Of a stretch of DNA of 64,000 nt, positions 29,019 through 38,164 are shown in pieces (position 1 is the stretch's first letter; every line of letters begins with the position of its first letter). Both the position numbers and the translations under genes were made by a program. The notes under the pieces are model-generated. The model made no database searches and was not told the origin of the DNA. It worked only from the letters and a program-made list of their open reading frames with translations. Source of the stretch: Clostridia bacterium (GTDB lineage: Bacteria; Bacillota; Clostridia; Oscillospirales; CAG-272); NCBI GenBank assembly GCA_017467815.1, contig JAFUKI010000057.1:4533-68532 (forward strand), given 5' to 3'.

Positions 29019-30431
29019 ATGACACATCTCCTCCCTTCCCTTGTACAGGAAGAATTGTCCGCTGCCGAAGCTGTGCGTCAGCATTTCTGCAGTCTTGGCA
29101 GAAGCGGCATCCATGCGCCCGGTTATTTTGTACAGACCTTCGGCTGTCAGCAGAATGAAGCGGACAGTGAACGTCTGGCAGGTCTTGCCGCGGCTATGGG
29201 ATACAGGAAAGTTGATACCCCCGATGAGGCAGATCTGATTCTGGTCAACACCTGTGCCATCAGAGAACACGCTGAGAAAAAGGCTCTGTCCATTATCGGA
29301 CAGTACAAACATATCCGCGACAAAAATCCCGGACTGATCATCGGTGTCGGCGGCTGTATGGTCACCCAGACCCACCGTTCCGACAAGCTGAAAAACAGCT
29401 ACCCCTATGTATCCTTCACTTTCGACACCGGTGCCATTCATAAGCTGCCCTCCCTCGTAAGGGATGCGCTGACCATTTCCCGCAGACAGTTTATCCACAG
29501 TGAAGAATACTCCATTGCCGAGGGACTTCCGCTGGCAAGAGAACAGAAGCATATGGCCTGGCTGTCCGTTATGTACGGCTGCAACAATTTCTGTTCTTAC
29601 TGTATTGTACCCTATGTAAGAGGCCGTGAACGGAGCCGCCGGATGGATGACATTGTGGAAGAAGCAAAAATGCTCATCGCTGACGGTGCAAAGGACATCA
29701 CGCTCCTCGGTCAGAATGTAAACTCCTACGGCAAGGATCTGACCGAAGGATACGATTTTGCGGATGTACTCCATCGTGTGTGCGCGCTTCCGGGGGATTT
29801 CCGGGTCCGTTTTATGACCAGTCATCCCAAGGATGCGTCCGACAGACTGATCGAAGCCATTGCCACGGAAGAAAAGATCGTGCGGCATCTCCATCTCCCG
29901 GTACAGTCCGGTTCCGATGCGGTCCTGAAACGTATGAACCGGCGGTATACTGCGGAATACTATTGTTCCCTGATCGATAAAATGCGTGCGGCAGTGCCCG
30001 ACATCAGCCTGACCTCCGATATTATCGTGGGATTCCCCGGCGAAACCGAAGAAGATTTCAACGCCACACTGGAAATGCTGAAGTATGTCCGGTACGATAT
30101 GATCTTCTCCTTCATCTACTCCCCCCGTATCGGTACACCTGCAGCGGAAATGCCGGACCAGATCCCCCATGAGATCTCCACAGAACGGTTTGAACGGCTG
30201 CTGGCGCTGCAGAATGCCATTTCCGATGAACGCAACAAGCGTTTTATCGGCAGAAAACTCCGCGTATTGGTGGAAGGTACCAGCAAGACAGATGAAAATG
30301 TGCTGACAGGCAGAGGAGATATGGTCCGCCCGGTACATTTCGTCGGCAGCAAGGACAGGATCGGTGGATTTACAGAGGTTGAGATCACCGCTTCCTCGAC
30401 TTTCTCCATGGAAGCAAAAGAAATACGTTAA
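29019..30431 (+). CDS. miaB: tRNA-2-methylthio-N6-dimethylallyladenosine synthase MiaB
   Basis: UPF0004 domain (FGCQQNEADSE), radical-SAM cluster motif CNNFCSYCIVPYVRG, and a C-terminal TRAM domain. Confidence 0.93.
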   Translation: MTHLLPSLVQEELSAAEAVRQHFCSLGRSGIHAPGYFVQTFGCQQNEADSERLAGLAAAMGYRKVDTPDEADLILVNTCAIREHAEKKALSIIGQYKHIRDKNPGLIIGVGGCMVTQTHRSDKLKNSYPYVSFTFDTGAIHKLPSLVRDALTISRRQFIHSEEYSIAEGLPLAREQKHMAWLSVMYGCNNFCSYCIVPYVRGRERSRRMDDIVEEAKMLIADGAKDITLLGQNVNSYGKDLTEGYDFADVLHRVCALPGDFRVRFMTSHPKDASDRLIEAIATEEKIVRHLHLPVQSGSDAVLKRMNRRYTAEYYCSLIDKMRAAVPDISLTSDIIVGFPGETEEDFNATLEMLKYVRYDMIFSFIYSPRIGTPAAEMPDQIPHEISTERFERLLALQNAISDERNKRFIGRKLRVLVEGTSKTDENVLTGRGDMVRPVHFVGSKDRIGGFTEVEITASSTFSMEAKEIR

Positions 30432-30464
30432 AAATTCAGTTAAAATAAAAGGCAGGTAACCAAA

Positions 30465-30881
30465 ATGGAAGAAATTCTTACCCAGGAAATGAAAGATACC
30501 ATCGCAGCTCTCGGCACTCTCATCAAAGCCGATCCCCGTCATGCCGCTATCCAGGCAGCCATCGCGGAATATGAACGCTGTGAAGAACTCAACGGCATGA
30601 TCGCCGAATACAACACCCAGCAGAATCTGCTCTCCGATGCATTCGCCAAGACCCAGGAAGGTGACGAAAACGGCGAAGAACTGCGCGACACCATCCAGAA
30701 CCGCATTGATCAGCTGTACGACGAGATCACCAACCATCCCGTGTACACCGCATACGTTGATGCAAAGAATGCTTTCGATGCACTTACCAATGAAGTGTAC
30801 GCCGAACTGCAGTTTGTAATCACCGGCAGCCGTCCCTGCAGCCACGATTGTTCCAGCTGCGGCGGCAGTTGTCAGCACTAA
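30465..30881 (+). CDS. YlbF/YmcA-family regulator with a Cys-rich C-terminal tail
   Basis: 138 aa, helical. IKADPRHAAIQAAIAEYERCEELNGMIAEYN resembles the UPF0342/YlbF family. It ends with CSHDCSSCGGSCQH. Confidence 0.7.
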   Translation: MEEILTQEMKDTIAALGTLIKADPRHAAIQAAIAEYERCEELNGMIAEYNTQQNLLSDAFAKTQEGDENGEELRDTIQNRIDQLYDEITNHPVYTAYVDAKNAFDALTNEVYAELQFVITGSRPCSHDCSSCGGSCQH

Positions 30882-30892
30882 AGAAATCCCGG

Positions 30893-30935
30893 CCGGGGGA
30901 GGCTTTTGACAAGTTTCCCCCGGTGCCCCTCTTTT
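30893..30935 (+). terminator. Intrinsic-terminator-like hairpin after the ylbF-like gene
   Basis: CCGGGGGA (30893-30900) pairs with TCCCCCGG (30916-30923). A T5 run lies at 30931-30935. Confidence 0.45.
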
Positions 30936-31014
30936 TAAAGGTTCTGTTGTTTTATAACGAATCGTTATTTTATCCGAAAGATCTGCACTACTGAAAGAAA
31001 CGAGGTATACCGCA

Positions 31015-33594
31015 ATGACCCCCATGATGCTGCAGTATTTTGAAATCAAAGATCAATATCCGGGGTATATTTTGTTTTATCGCCTGGGCGATTTTTACGA
31101 AATGTTTTTCGAGGATGCTCAGCTTGTTTCCGCGGAACTGGAACTCACCCTGACAGGCCGGGACTGCGGCGAAGAAGAAAGAGCACCCATGTGCGGCGTA
31201 CCGTATCATTCCAGTGACAAGTACATTGCCCAGCTGATTGAAAAGGGATACAAGGTCGCCATCTGCGAACAGACGGAAGACCCCAAGAGCACGAAAAATC
31301 TGGTCAAACGGGAAGTTGTGCGGATCATCACCCCCGGTACAGTCACGGAATCGGAAATGCTGACGGATGAAAACAACAACTATCTCTGTACGCTGTACTA
31401 TGACAGGGATACTGTGGGTCTGTGTTTCGCGGATATTTCCACAGCCTATATCTGCGCCACCGCCATCTCCCTCCAGGGCAATGATCCCGAAGAAGAAATT
31501 CTCAGCGAAATCACCACCTATGCCCCCAGCGAAATTCTCACCAATGTTCCCCTGAAGATCCTGCCCAAGGTATCCGCCGCCCTTGCCCAGAGAAGCGGTA
31601 CATCCCTCGCCGAAGGTGTTTCCAAATATTTCGAAGAAGAAGATGCCCTGAAGCGTACCGATACCCAGTTCGGCACGGATGTGACCGACGGCAAGCCCCG
31701 CAGTGCAAAAACGGCAGTCGGTGCGGCACTGTGGTATATCGCCGAAACCCAGATGCAGGATATTTCCTACATCAAAAATTTGAATATCTACGACACAAAC
31801 CAGTACCTGGAAATGGACTATGCGACCCGGAGAAATCTGGAGCTTACCCAAACCATGCTGTCGAAAAAGAAACGCGGGTCCCTGCTGTGGGTTCTGGACA
31901 AAACCGAATCCGCTATGGGCGCGCGAATGCTCAGAAACTGGATCGAACATCCTCTGACGGATGCTGCCCAGATTGTGGAACGGCAGCAGGCAGTGGATGT
32001 GCTGAACAGCAATTTCATGCTGCGTGAAGAGATCCGGGAAATGATGAAATCCGTACTGGATGTGGAACGGCTGATCACACGTGTGATTTACGGCACTGCC
32101 GGCGCGAGAGATCTGCGTTCCATCGCCCAGACTCTGCAGATCCTGCCGGGACTGCGCCGTCTGCTGGAAAACTCCCCCACCGATCAGCTGAACTCCATTT
32201 ATAAGGATCTGGATGAGCTGACGGACATCTTCGCCCTCATTGACAACGCCATCGTGGAAAATCCTCCTTTCATCGTAAGAGAAGGCGGTCTGATCAAAGA
32301 TGGCTACAACGAAGATGTGGACAAGCTGCGGTATATCATGACAAACGGCAAGGACTGGATCAAGGAAACCGAAGCTGCCGAAAAAGAAAAGATCGGCGTA
32401 AAAACGCTGAAGATCGGCTATAACCGTGTATTCGGTTATTATATCGAAGTGCCGCGCAGTGCAGCCGATGCGGTTCCCGAAAACTACATACGCAAACAGA
32501 CCTTATCCGACAAGGAACGGTACATCACCGACGACCTGAAAGACATGGAAGCCACCATTCTCGGTGCGGAGGATAAAGTCTGGAATCTGGAATACGAAAT
32601 TTTTGCCGGCATCCGCGATACTGTGGCAAAGGAATCGGCGCGCATCCGGAAAACTGCCGCCGCCCTTGCCAGACTGGACGTATATGTTTCTCTCGCGGAA
32701 GCGGCTTCCCTATACAACTACGTCTGTCCGGATGTGGACTACAGTGATGAAATCCGCATCACGGAAGGTCGTCACCCCGTGGTGGAACAATTCGTAAAAG
32801 ACTCCTATTTTGTTCCCAACGATACCTGTCTGGATACCGGAGAAAACGCGCTGATGATGATCACCGGTCCCAATATGGCGGGGAAATCCACCTATATGCG
32901 TCAGACTGCCCTTATCGTGCTTATGGCGCAGATCGGTTCCTTTGTACCGGCGTCCTATGCCCATATCGGTATCGTGGACAGACTGTTCACCCGTGTGGGC
33001 GCATCCGACGACTTAGCATCCGGTCAGTCCACCTTTATGCTGGAAATGAAAGAGGTTGCCTACATTCTGAACAACGCCACCCGCCGCAGTTTCATCATTT
33101 ACGATGAAATCGGCAGAGGTACCAGCACCTACGACGGTATGAGCATTGCCCGTGCGGTTGCGGAATACACCGTAAGCCGGAAGATCGGCGCAAAAACCAT
33201 GTTCGCCACCCATTATCATGAGCTGACCGCCATGGAAAATGAACTGCCCGGTGTTGTCAATTATCATGTAGCGGCGAAAAAGCGGGGGGACGATATCACC
33301 TTCTTACGGAAAATCGTCAAGGGTCCCACCGATGACAGCTATGGTATCGAAGTTGCCAAACTCGCCGGTGTACCTGCCGAAGTGACCAGACGTGCCAAGG
33401 AAATTCTGAAGGATCTGGAAAAGAACGGCAAGGGTGCAAACACTGCACCGGTGCAGAAAGCCGTGGACGACAATCTTACCTTTATGGATATGGCTGCCGA
33501 CAGCATCAAGGATAAACTGACCCGGCTGGATGTAAATACACTGACGCCCATTGAAGCACTCAACATTCTGTACGAATGGAAAAAAATGCTGTAA
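31015..33594 (+). CDS. mutS: DNA mismatch repair protein MutS
   Basis: 859 aa. MTPMMLQYFEIK...FYRLGDFYEMF at the N-terminus, Walker A GPNMAGKST, DEIGRGTSTYDG. Confidence 0.98.
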   Translation: MTPMMLQYFEIKDQYPGYILFYRLGDFYEMFFEDAQLVSAELELTLTGRDCGEEERAPMCGVPYHSSDKYIAQLIEKGYKVAICEQTEDPKSTKNLVKREVVRIITPGTVTESEMLTDENNNYLCTLYYDRDTVGLCFADISTAYICATAISLQGNDPEEEILSEITTYAPSEILTNVPLKILPKVSAALAQRSGTSLAEGVSKYFEEEDALKRTDTQFGTDVTDGKPRSAKTAVGAALWYIAETQMQDISYIKNLNIYDTNQYLEMDYATRRNLELTQTMLSKKKRGSLLWVLDKTESAMGARMLRNWIEHPLTDAAQIVERQQAVDVLNSNFMLREEIREMMKSVLDVERLITRVIYGTAGARDLRSIAQTLQILPGLRRLLENSPTDQLNSIYKDLDELTDIFALIDNAIVENPPFIVREGGLIKDGYNEDVDKLRYIMTNGKDWIKETEAAEKEKIGVKTLKIGYNRVFGYYIEVPRSAADAVPENYIRKQTLSDKERYITDDLKDMEATILGAEDKVWNLEYEIFAGIRDTVAKESARIRKTAAALARLDVYVSLAEAASLYNYVCPDVDYSDEIRITEGRHPVVEQFVKDSYFVPNDTCLDTGENALMMITGPNMAGKSTYMRQTALIVLMAQIGSFVPASYAHIGIVDRLFTRVGASDDLASGQSTFMLEMKEVAYILNNATRRSFIIYDEIGRGTSTYDGMSIARAVAEYTVSRKIGAKTMFATHYHELTAMENELPGVVNYHVAAKKRGDDITFLRKIVKGPTDDSYGIEVAKLAGVPAEVTRRAKEILKDLEKNGKGANTAPVQKAVDDNLTFMDMAADSIKDKLTRLDVNTLTPIEALNILYEWKKML

Positions 33595-33627
33595 TGCCGA
33601 TACACCCGCGGAAAGGAGGCGTGTAGT

Positions 33628-35808
33628 ATGCCGAAAATTGAAGTACTGCCCTTTGAAATAGCCAATCTGATCGCTGCCGGAGAAGTGGTGGACCGTCCTT
33701 CCTCCGTGATCAAGGAACTGGCGGAAAACGCCATCGACGCCGGCGCAACCACCGTGACCATCGAGATCCAGAACGGCGGAGTCAAGTTCATGCGTGTTAC
33801 CGACAACGGATGCGGCATGACAGCGGCGGATATGCCCGTTGCCATCCAGAGACACGCCACCAGCAAGATCCGTACCGCTGAAGACTTAAACAGCATCGGT
33901 ACACTGGGTTTCCGCGGTGAAGCACTGGCGGCAATCGCCTCTGTTTCCCGTCTGCGGATCTTGTCCAAAACAGCCGACGATCCCATGGGTGCCTGCCTGG
34001 AATGCAGCGGCGGGGAGATCGTCTCCCTGACAGAAACCGGCTGTTCCCCCGGCACCACCATCATTGCGGAGGATCTGTTCTACAATGTCCCCGCAAGACG
34101 GAAATTTCTGAAAAAAGACACAACGGAAGCCATTGCCTGCGGAACCGTTGCGGAAAAGATCGCCTTATCCCATCCGGAAATCTCCCTCCGGTTCATCAGT
34201 GACGGAGAACTGAAATTCCGCACTGCCGGGGACGGAGATCTGTCCGGCGTTATCTATGTACTGTTCGGCAGAGAATACAGCAAACGCTCACTGCTCGTGG
34301 ATTATGCCAACGAAACCGGCAGTATCCGGGTAACGGGATTTGTATCCGAACCGGATATGTTCCGCCCCAACCGGAATATGGAGAATTTCTTCATCAACGG
34401 CAGATATGTGAAATCCAAGACAGCTGCTGCGGCGGTGGAACAGGCGTATGCTTCCAAAATTCCCCACGATAAATTCCCCTTCTGTGTGCTGGATATCAAA
34501 ATCGCACCGGGGGCTGTGGATGTGAATGTCCATCCTGCCAAGCTGGAAGTAAAATTCACCAACGAAAAAGTGGTTTTCGATACGGTCTATTACGGTGTAT
34601 GCAGTGCCCTCGAAGCCGCCGCTACCCGACCTGAACTGCGGGTTACCCCCTCAGAAAAGCCTGCTGCCGCCCCGAAAACGGCAAAAAGTGACTTCTGGAC
34701 CGTCGGAGAAGATGCCAAAAAGTTTATGAACGCCTTCGTTCCTGTGGACACACCCCAGCCGAAGGGAAAGCAAATCTCCCTGTTCGAAACCGCTGCTGCA
34801 GATCCTGCCGTCGGCAAACAAACGTCCTCTGCTCAGGAAAAATCCCCTGCACGCACTTCCAAACTGTCTCCTGCCGAGCTGAAGCAGATGTTCCGCGGTA
34901 CCGCATCCGTTCCTTTTTCCAATGAACAGGAACCACTTCCCGTGCCGCCGGAAACCATCACAGAAGCACCGCCGGAAGAAGCACCGCCCATTGAAACGAT
35001 GGTGCCCCCGGAACCGCCCATGGATATTCCCATTCCCGAAGTTCCGGAAAATATCCCTGTGCCGGAAATCAGTCAGGAAACCATCCCCGTGGTCCCTCCG
35101 GTACAGCCCATCCCCGATGCACAGTCGGAAGTGCCTGTATCTGTGACAGCGGATCCCGCGGAAACCCTCCCGGAACCTGAGCCGTACAATGCGCCGGAAT
35201 ACATCATTCTCGGGGAAGCGTACAACACCTACATCATCGTTCAGCTTGAAGACCGTCTCCTGATGATCGACAAGCACGCCGCCCATGAACGGATTCTCTT
35301 TGATTCCCTCTGCAGGAAGATGCGGGAGAGAGAACACACCGGTCAGCTGCTTCTGATCCCCTACGAACTGTCGTTTCTCCGGAGTGAAGCGGATATGGCG
35401 GAAGAATACAAGGAAAGTCTGGAAGCTCTGGGATATGTGTTCACCATGAAGGAAACCTCGGTAGCCAATGTTACCGTTTCCCTTCACCAGATCCCGGATA
35501 TTCTGAATCAGGCGGAAGCCGGTGCGCTGTTCTCCACATTGGTAAGCAAACTTGCCGACGCAACAGGCACTGTGGAAGCCGCTTCCGCTGTGTATTTTGA
35601 ATCCCGTCTGTGGCAGGCGGCTTGTAAAGCGGCAATCAAAGGCGGACGACTGTACGATATGGCACATCTGCGCTGGATCTGTGACCGTCTGCTGATCAAA
35701 CCGGAAAAAGAGGGTGCTTCGGTAATCCGTACCTGTCCCCACGGCCGTCCGGTTGCTTTCGAAATCAAAAAATCTTCCATTGAACGGCAGTTTGCACGGC
35801 TTGTGTAA
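33628..35808 (+). CDS. mutL: DNA mismatch repair endonuclease MutL
   Basis: GHKL ATPase motifs ELAENAIDAG, DNGCGM and LGFRGEAL. A Pro-rich linker. A C-terminal dimerisation/endonuclease region with DKHAAHERILF. Confidence 0.97.
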   Translation: MPKIEVLPFEIANLIAAGEVVDRPSSVIKELAENAIDAGATTVTIEIQNGGVKFMRVTDNGCGMTAADMPVAIQRHATSKIRTAEDLNSIGTLGFRGEALAAIASVSRLRILSKTADDPMGACLECSGGEIVSLTETGCSPGTTIIAEDLFYNVPARRKFLKKDTTEAIACGTVAEKIALSHPEISLRFISDGELKFRTAGDGDLSGVIYVLFGREYSKRSLLVDYANETGSIRVTGFVSEPDMFRPNRNMENFFINGRYVKSKTAAAAVEQAYASKIPHDKFPFCVLDIKIAPGAVDVNVHPAKLEVKFTNEKVVFDTVYYGVCSALEAAATRPELRVTPSEKPAAAPKTAKSDFWTVGEDAKKFMNAFVPVDTPQPKGKQISLFETAAADPAVGKQTSSAQEKSPARTSKLSPAELKQMFRGTASVPFSNEQEPLPVPPETITEAPPEEAPPIETMVPPEPPMDIPIPEVPENIPVPEISQETIPVVPPVQPIPDAQSEVPVSVTADPAETLPEPEPYNAPEYIILGEAYNTYIIVQLEDRLLMIDKHAAHERILFDSLCRKMREREHTGQLLLIPYELSFLRSEADMAEEYKESLEALGYVFTMKETSVANVTVSLHQIPDILNQAEAGALFSTLVSKLADATGTVEAASAVYFESRLWQAACKAAIKGGRLYDMAHLRWICDRLLIKPEKEGASVIRTCPHGRPVAFEIKKSSIERQFARLV

Positions 35809-35837
35809 GCGGTCTTCGGAAAGGATATACTGGATAT

Positions 35838-36980
35838 ATGTTTATATTGATCAAAAAAGAAGAACAGTCCAAAGCAAGACGCGGCAGACTGGTTACGCCC
35901 CACGGCACCATTGAAACCCCGGTTTTCATGAACGTAGCTACCTTCGGCGCCATCAAAGGCGGTATTGCTGCGGAAGACCTGCGGGATGTACATTGTCAGG
36001 TGATGCTGTCCAATACCTATCATCTTCACATCCGTCCCGGTGACGATCTGGTACACAGAATGGGCGGTCTGCAGAAATTCACCGGCTGGGACGGTCCCAC
36101 ACTGACGGACAGCGGCGGATTCCAGGTATTTTCTCTGGCAAGCCTTCGTAAAATCAAAGAAGAAGGCGTATATTTTGCTTCCCATATCGACGGAAAGCGG
36201 ATATTCATGGGCCCGGAAGAAAGTATGCGGATCCAGTCCCATCTGGGTTCCACCATTGCCATGGCTTTTGACGAATGTATCGAGAACCCGGCGGAATACA
36301 ATTATACCAAGCAGTCCTGTGACAGAACGGTACGCTGGCTTCTCCGCTGTAAAGAAGAAATGCGCCGTCTGAATCAGCTGGAAACCACAGTCAACCCCAA
36401 TCAGATGCTGTTCGGCATCAACCAGGGCAGTACCTACGAAGATCTGCGTATCCGCCACATGGAACAGATCCGCGAACTGGATCTGGACGGATATGCCATC
36501 GGCGGTCTGGCGGTGGGTGAAGAAGCAGAGGAAATGTACCGTATCATCGAAGCGGTTGAACCGTATATGCCCACGGACAAGCCACGTTATCTCATGGGCG
36601 TCGGTACTCCCCAGAATATTCTGGAAGCCGTACACCGCGGCGTGGACTTCTTCGACTGCGTAATGCCTTCCCGTAATGCCCGTCACGGCAATGTATTCTC
36701 CTGGCGCGGCAAAATGAATCTGCTGAATGAAAAGTACGCGGAAGATCCCCGTCCCATTGACGAAAACTGCGGATGCCCTGCCTGCCGTCTGCACAGCCGT
36801 TCCTACATCCGCCATCTGATCAAGGCGAAGGAAATCCTCGGTATGCGTCTGGCGGTACTGCACAATCTGTATTTCTACAACGATCTGATGCAGAAGATCC
36901 GTGACGCACTGGACGGCGGTTATTTCGAGAGTTTTTATCAGAAATACCACAATCTCTTGGCTGAAAGAAATCCGGACTAA
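35838..36980 (+). CDS. tgt: Queuine tRNA-ribosyltransferase Tgt
   Basis: 380 aa. TDSGGFQV, GLAVGE, FDCVMPSRNARHG, and the Zn site CGCPAC...H. Confidence 0.97.
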   Translation: MFILIKKEEQSKARRGRLVTPHGTIETPVFMNVATFGAIKGGIAAEDLRDVHCQVMLSNTYHLHIRPGDDLVHRMGGLQKFTGWDGPTLTDSGGFQVFSLASLRKIKEEGVYFASHIDGKRIFMGPEESMRIQSHLGSTIAMAFDECIENPAEYNYTKQSCDRTVRWLLRCKEEMRRLNQLETTVNPNQMLFGINQGSTYEDLRIRHMEQIRELDLDGYAIGGLAVGEEAEEMYRIIEAVEPYMPTDKPRYLMGVGTPQNILEAVHRGVDFFDCVMPSRNARHGNVFSWRGKMNLLNEKYAEDPRPIDENCGCPACRLHSRSYIRHLIKAKEILGMRLAVLHNLYFYNDLMQKIRDALDGGYFESFYQKYHNLLAERNPD

Positions 36981-36989
36981 GGAGAGAAT

Positions 36990-37961
36990 ATGATCTATAT
37001 TGATTCCGATTCCCTGAGCGCCCATTTCAATCTGGCTTTGGAGTATTATCTCGCTACGGAAAAAATCATAAATGACACCGTTGTTTTTCTCTGGCGCACA
37101 TCCCCCACCGTTGTCATCGGTAAATTCCAGAACGCACTGGAAGAACTGGACCGGCAGTATACGGAAGAAAAAGGTATCTGCATTGCAAGACGTATGTCCG
37201 GCGGCGGTACCATCTACAACGATGAGGGCGGACTTATGTTCACCTACATCGTCCCGGAAAACAAACCGGAAATTGATTTTCTCTCCTTCATTACGCCGGT
37301 GATTGATGCCTTAAACAAAATGGGTGTCCCCGCATCTGCCAGCGGTCGGAACGATATTCTCGTGGACGGCAAAAAGGTATCCGGCAATGCCCAGTACAAA
37401 ACAGGCGGTGTTACGGTACACCATGGTACGCTGATGTTTGATGTGGATATCGGTGAAGTGGTCCGGTCAACAACCCCGAAGCCGTACAAGATCACATCCA
37501 AAAGCATCCGGTCCGTGAGAGAACGGGTGACCAACATCCGGGAACACCTTCCGGCAGGTACGGATATGACCAGGGAAGAATTCAAAGCCCGGCTTGCGGA
37601 TGAACTTGCCGGCGACTGTCCCCGTCTGGTGCTGTCCGATGCCGATCTGACCCGCGTCAGGGAAATCGCAAAGGAGCACTTTATCCACAACGTATGGCAG
37701 GCACAGCCGCATTTTTCCATCGAAAAAATACTGCATCTGCCCGGCGGCACCATGGAGTTTTCTCTGGAAACCAGGCAGAACAGAATCCTGTCCGCTCATA
37801 TTACGGGAGATTTCTTCGGCAGTGTGGACGCGGCGGAAATCTGCACCCTGCTCACAGACACGGAACTGGAAGAAAAGGCCCTCACCGATGCCCTCGCGCC
37901 CCTTGCCGGACGGATTCTGGGAATCACCCCTTCGGAGATTGCCCGCGGTCTGTGTGAATAG
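36990..37961 (+). CDS. Lipoate--protein ligase
   Basis: 323 aa. RRMSGGGTIYND and GKKVSGNAQY (BPL/LPL catalytic domain) plus a C-terminal LplA accessory domain. Confidence 0.9.
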   Translation: MIYIDSDSLSAHFNLALEYYLATEKIINDTVVFLWRTSPTVVIGKFQNALEELDRQYTEEKGICIARRMSGGGTIYNDEGGLMFTYIVPENKPEIDFLSFITPVIDALNKMGVPASASGRNDILVDGKKVSGNAQYKTGGVTVHHGTLMFDVDIGEVVRSTTPKPYKITSKSIRSVRERVTNIREHLPAGTDMTREEFKARLADELAGDCPRLVLSDADLTRVREIAKEHFIHNVWQAQPHFSIEKILHLPGGTMEFSLETRQNRILSAHITGDFFGSVDAAEICTLLTDTELEEKALTDALAPLAGRILGITPSEIARGLCE

Positions 37962-38164
37962 GAAATCTTTTCCAGAAGAAATTCACAGCAATCCCGGAAC
38001 TTTTTGGAAATTTTCTCGTCTTATAGTCAGAATTCGGTAAGGCGGCAAAATAATTATAAAGAATATGTTTCCCGTTTTCCGATATATGCTCACAATGTGA
38101 TCATACTGTGTGTAACCTTTATTTGGTTATCCCATCCGCAAAAATAAAATTTTGGAGGTTTTTT

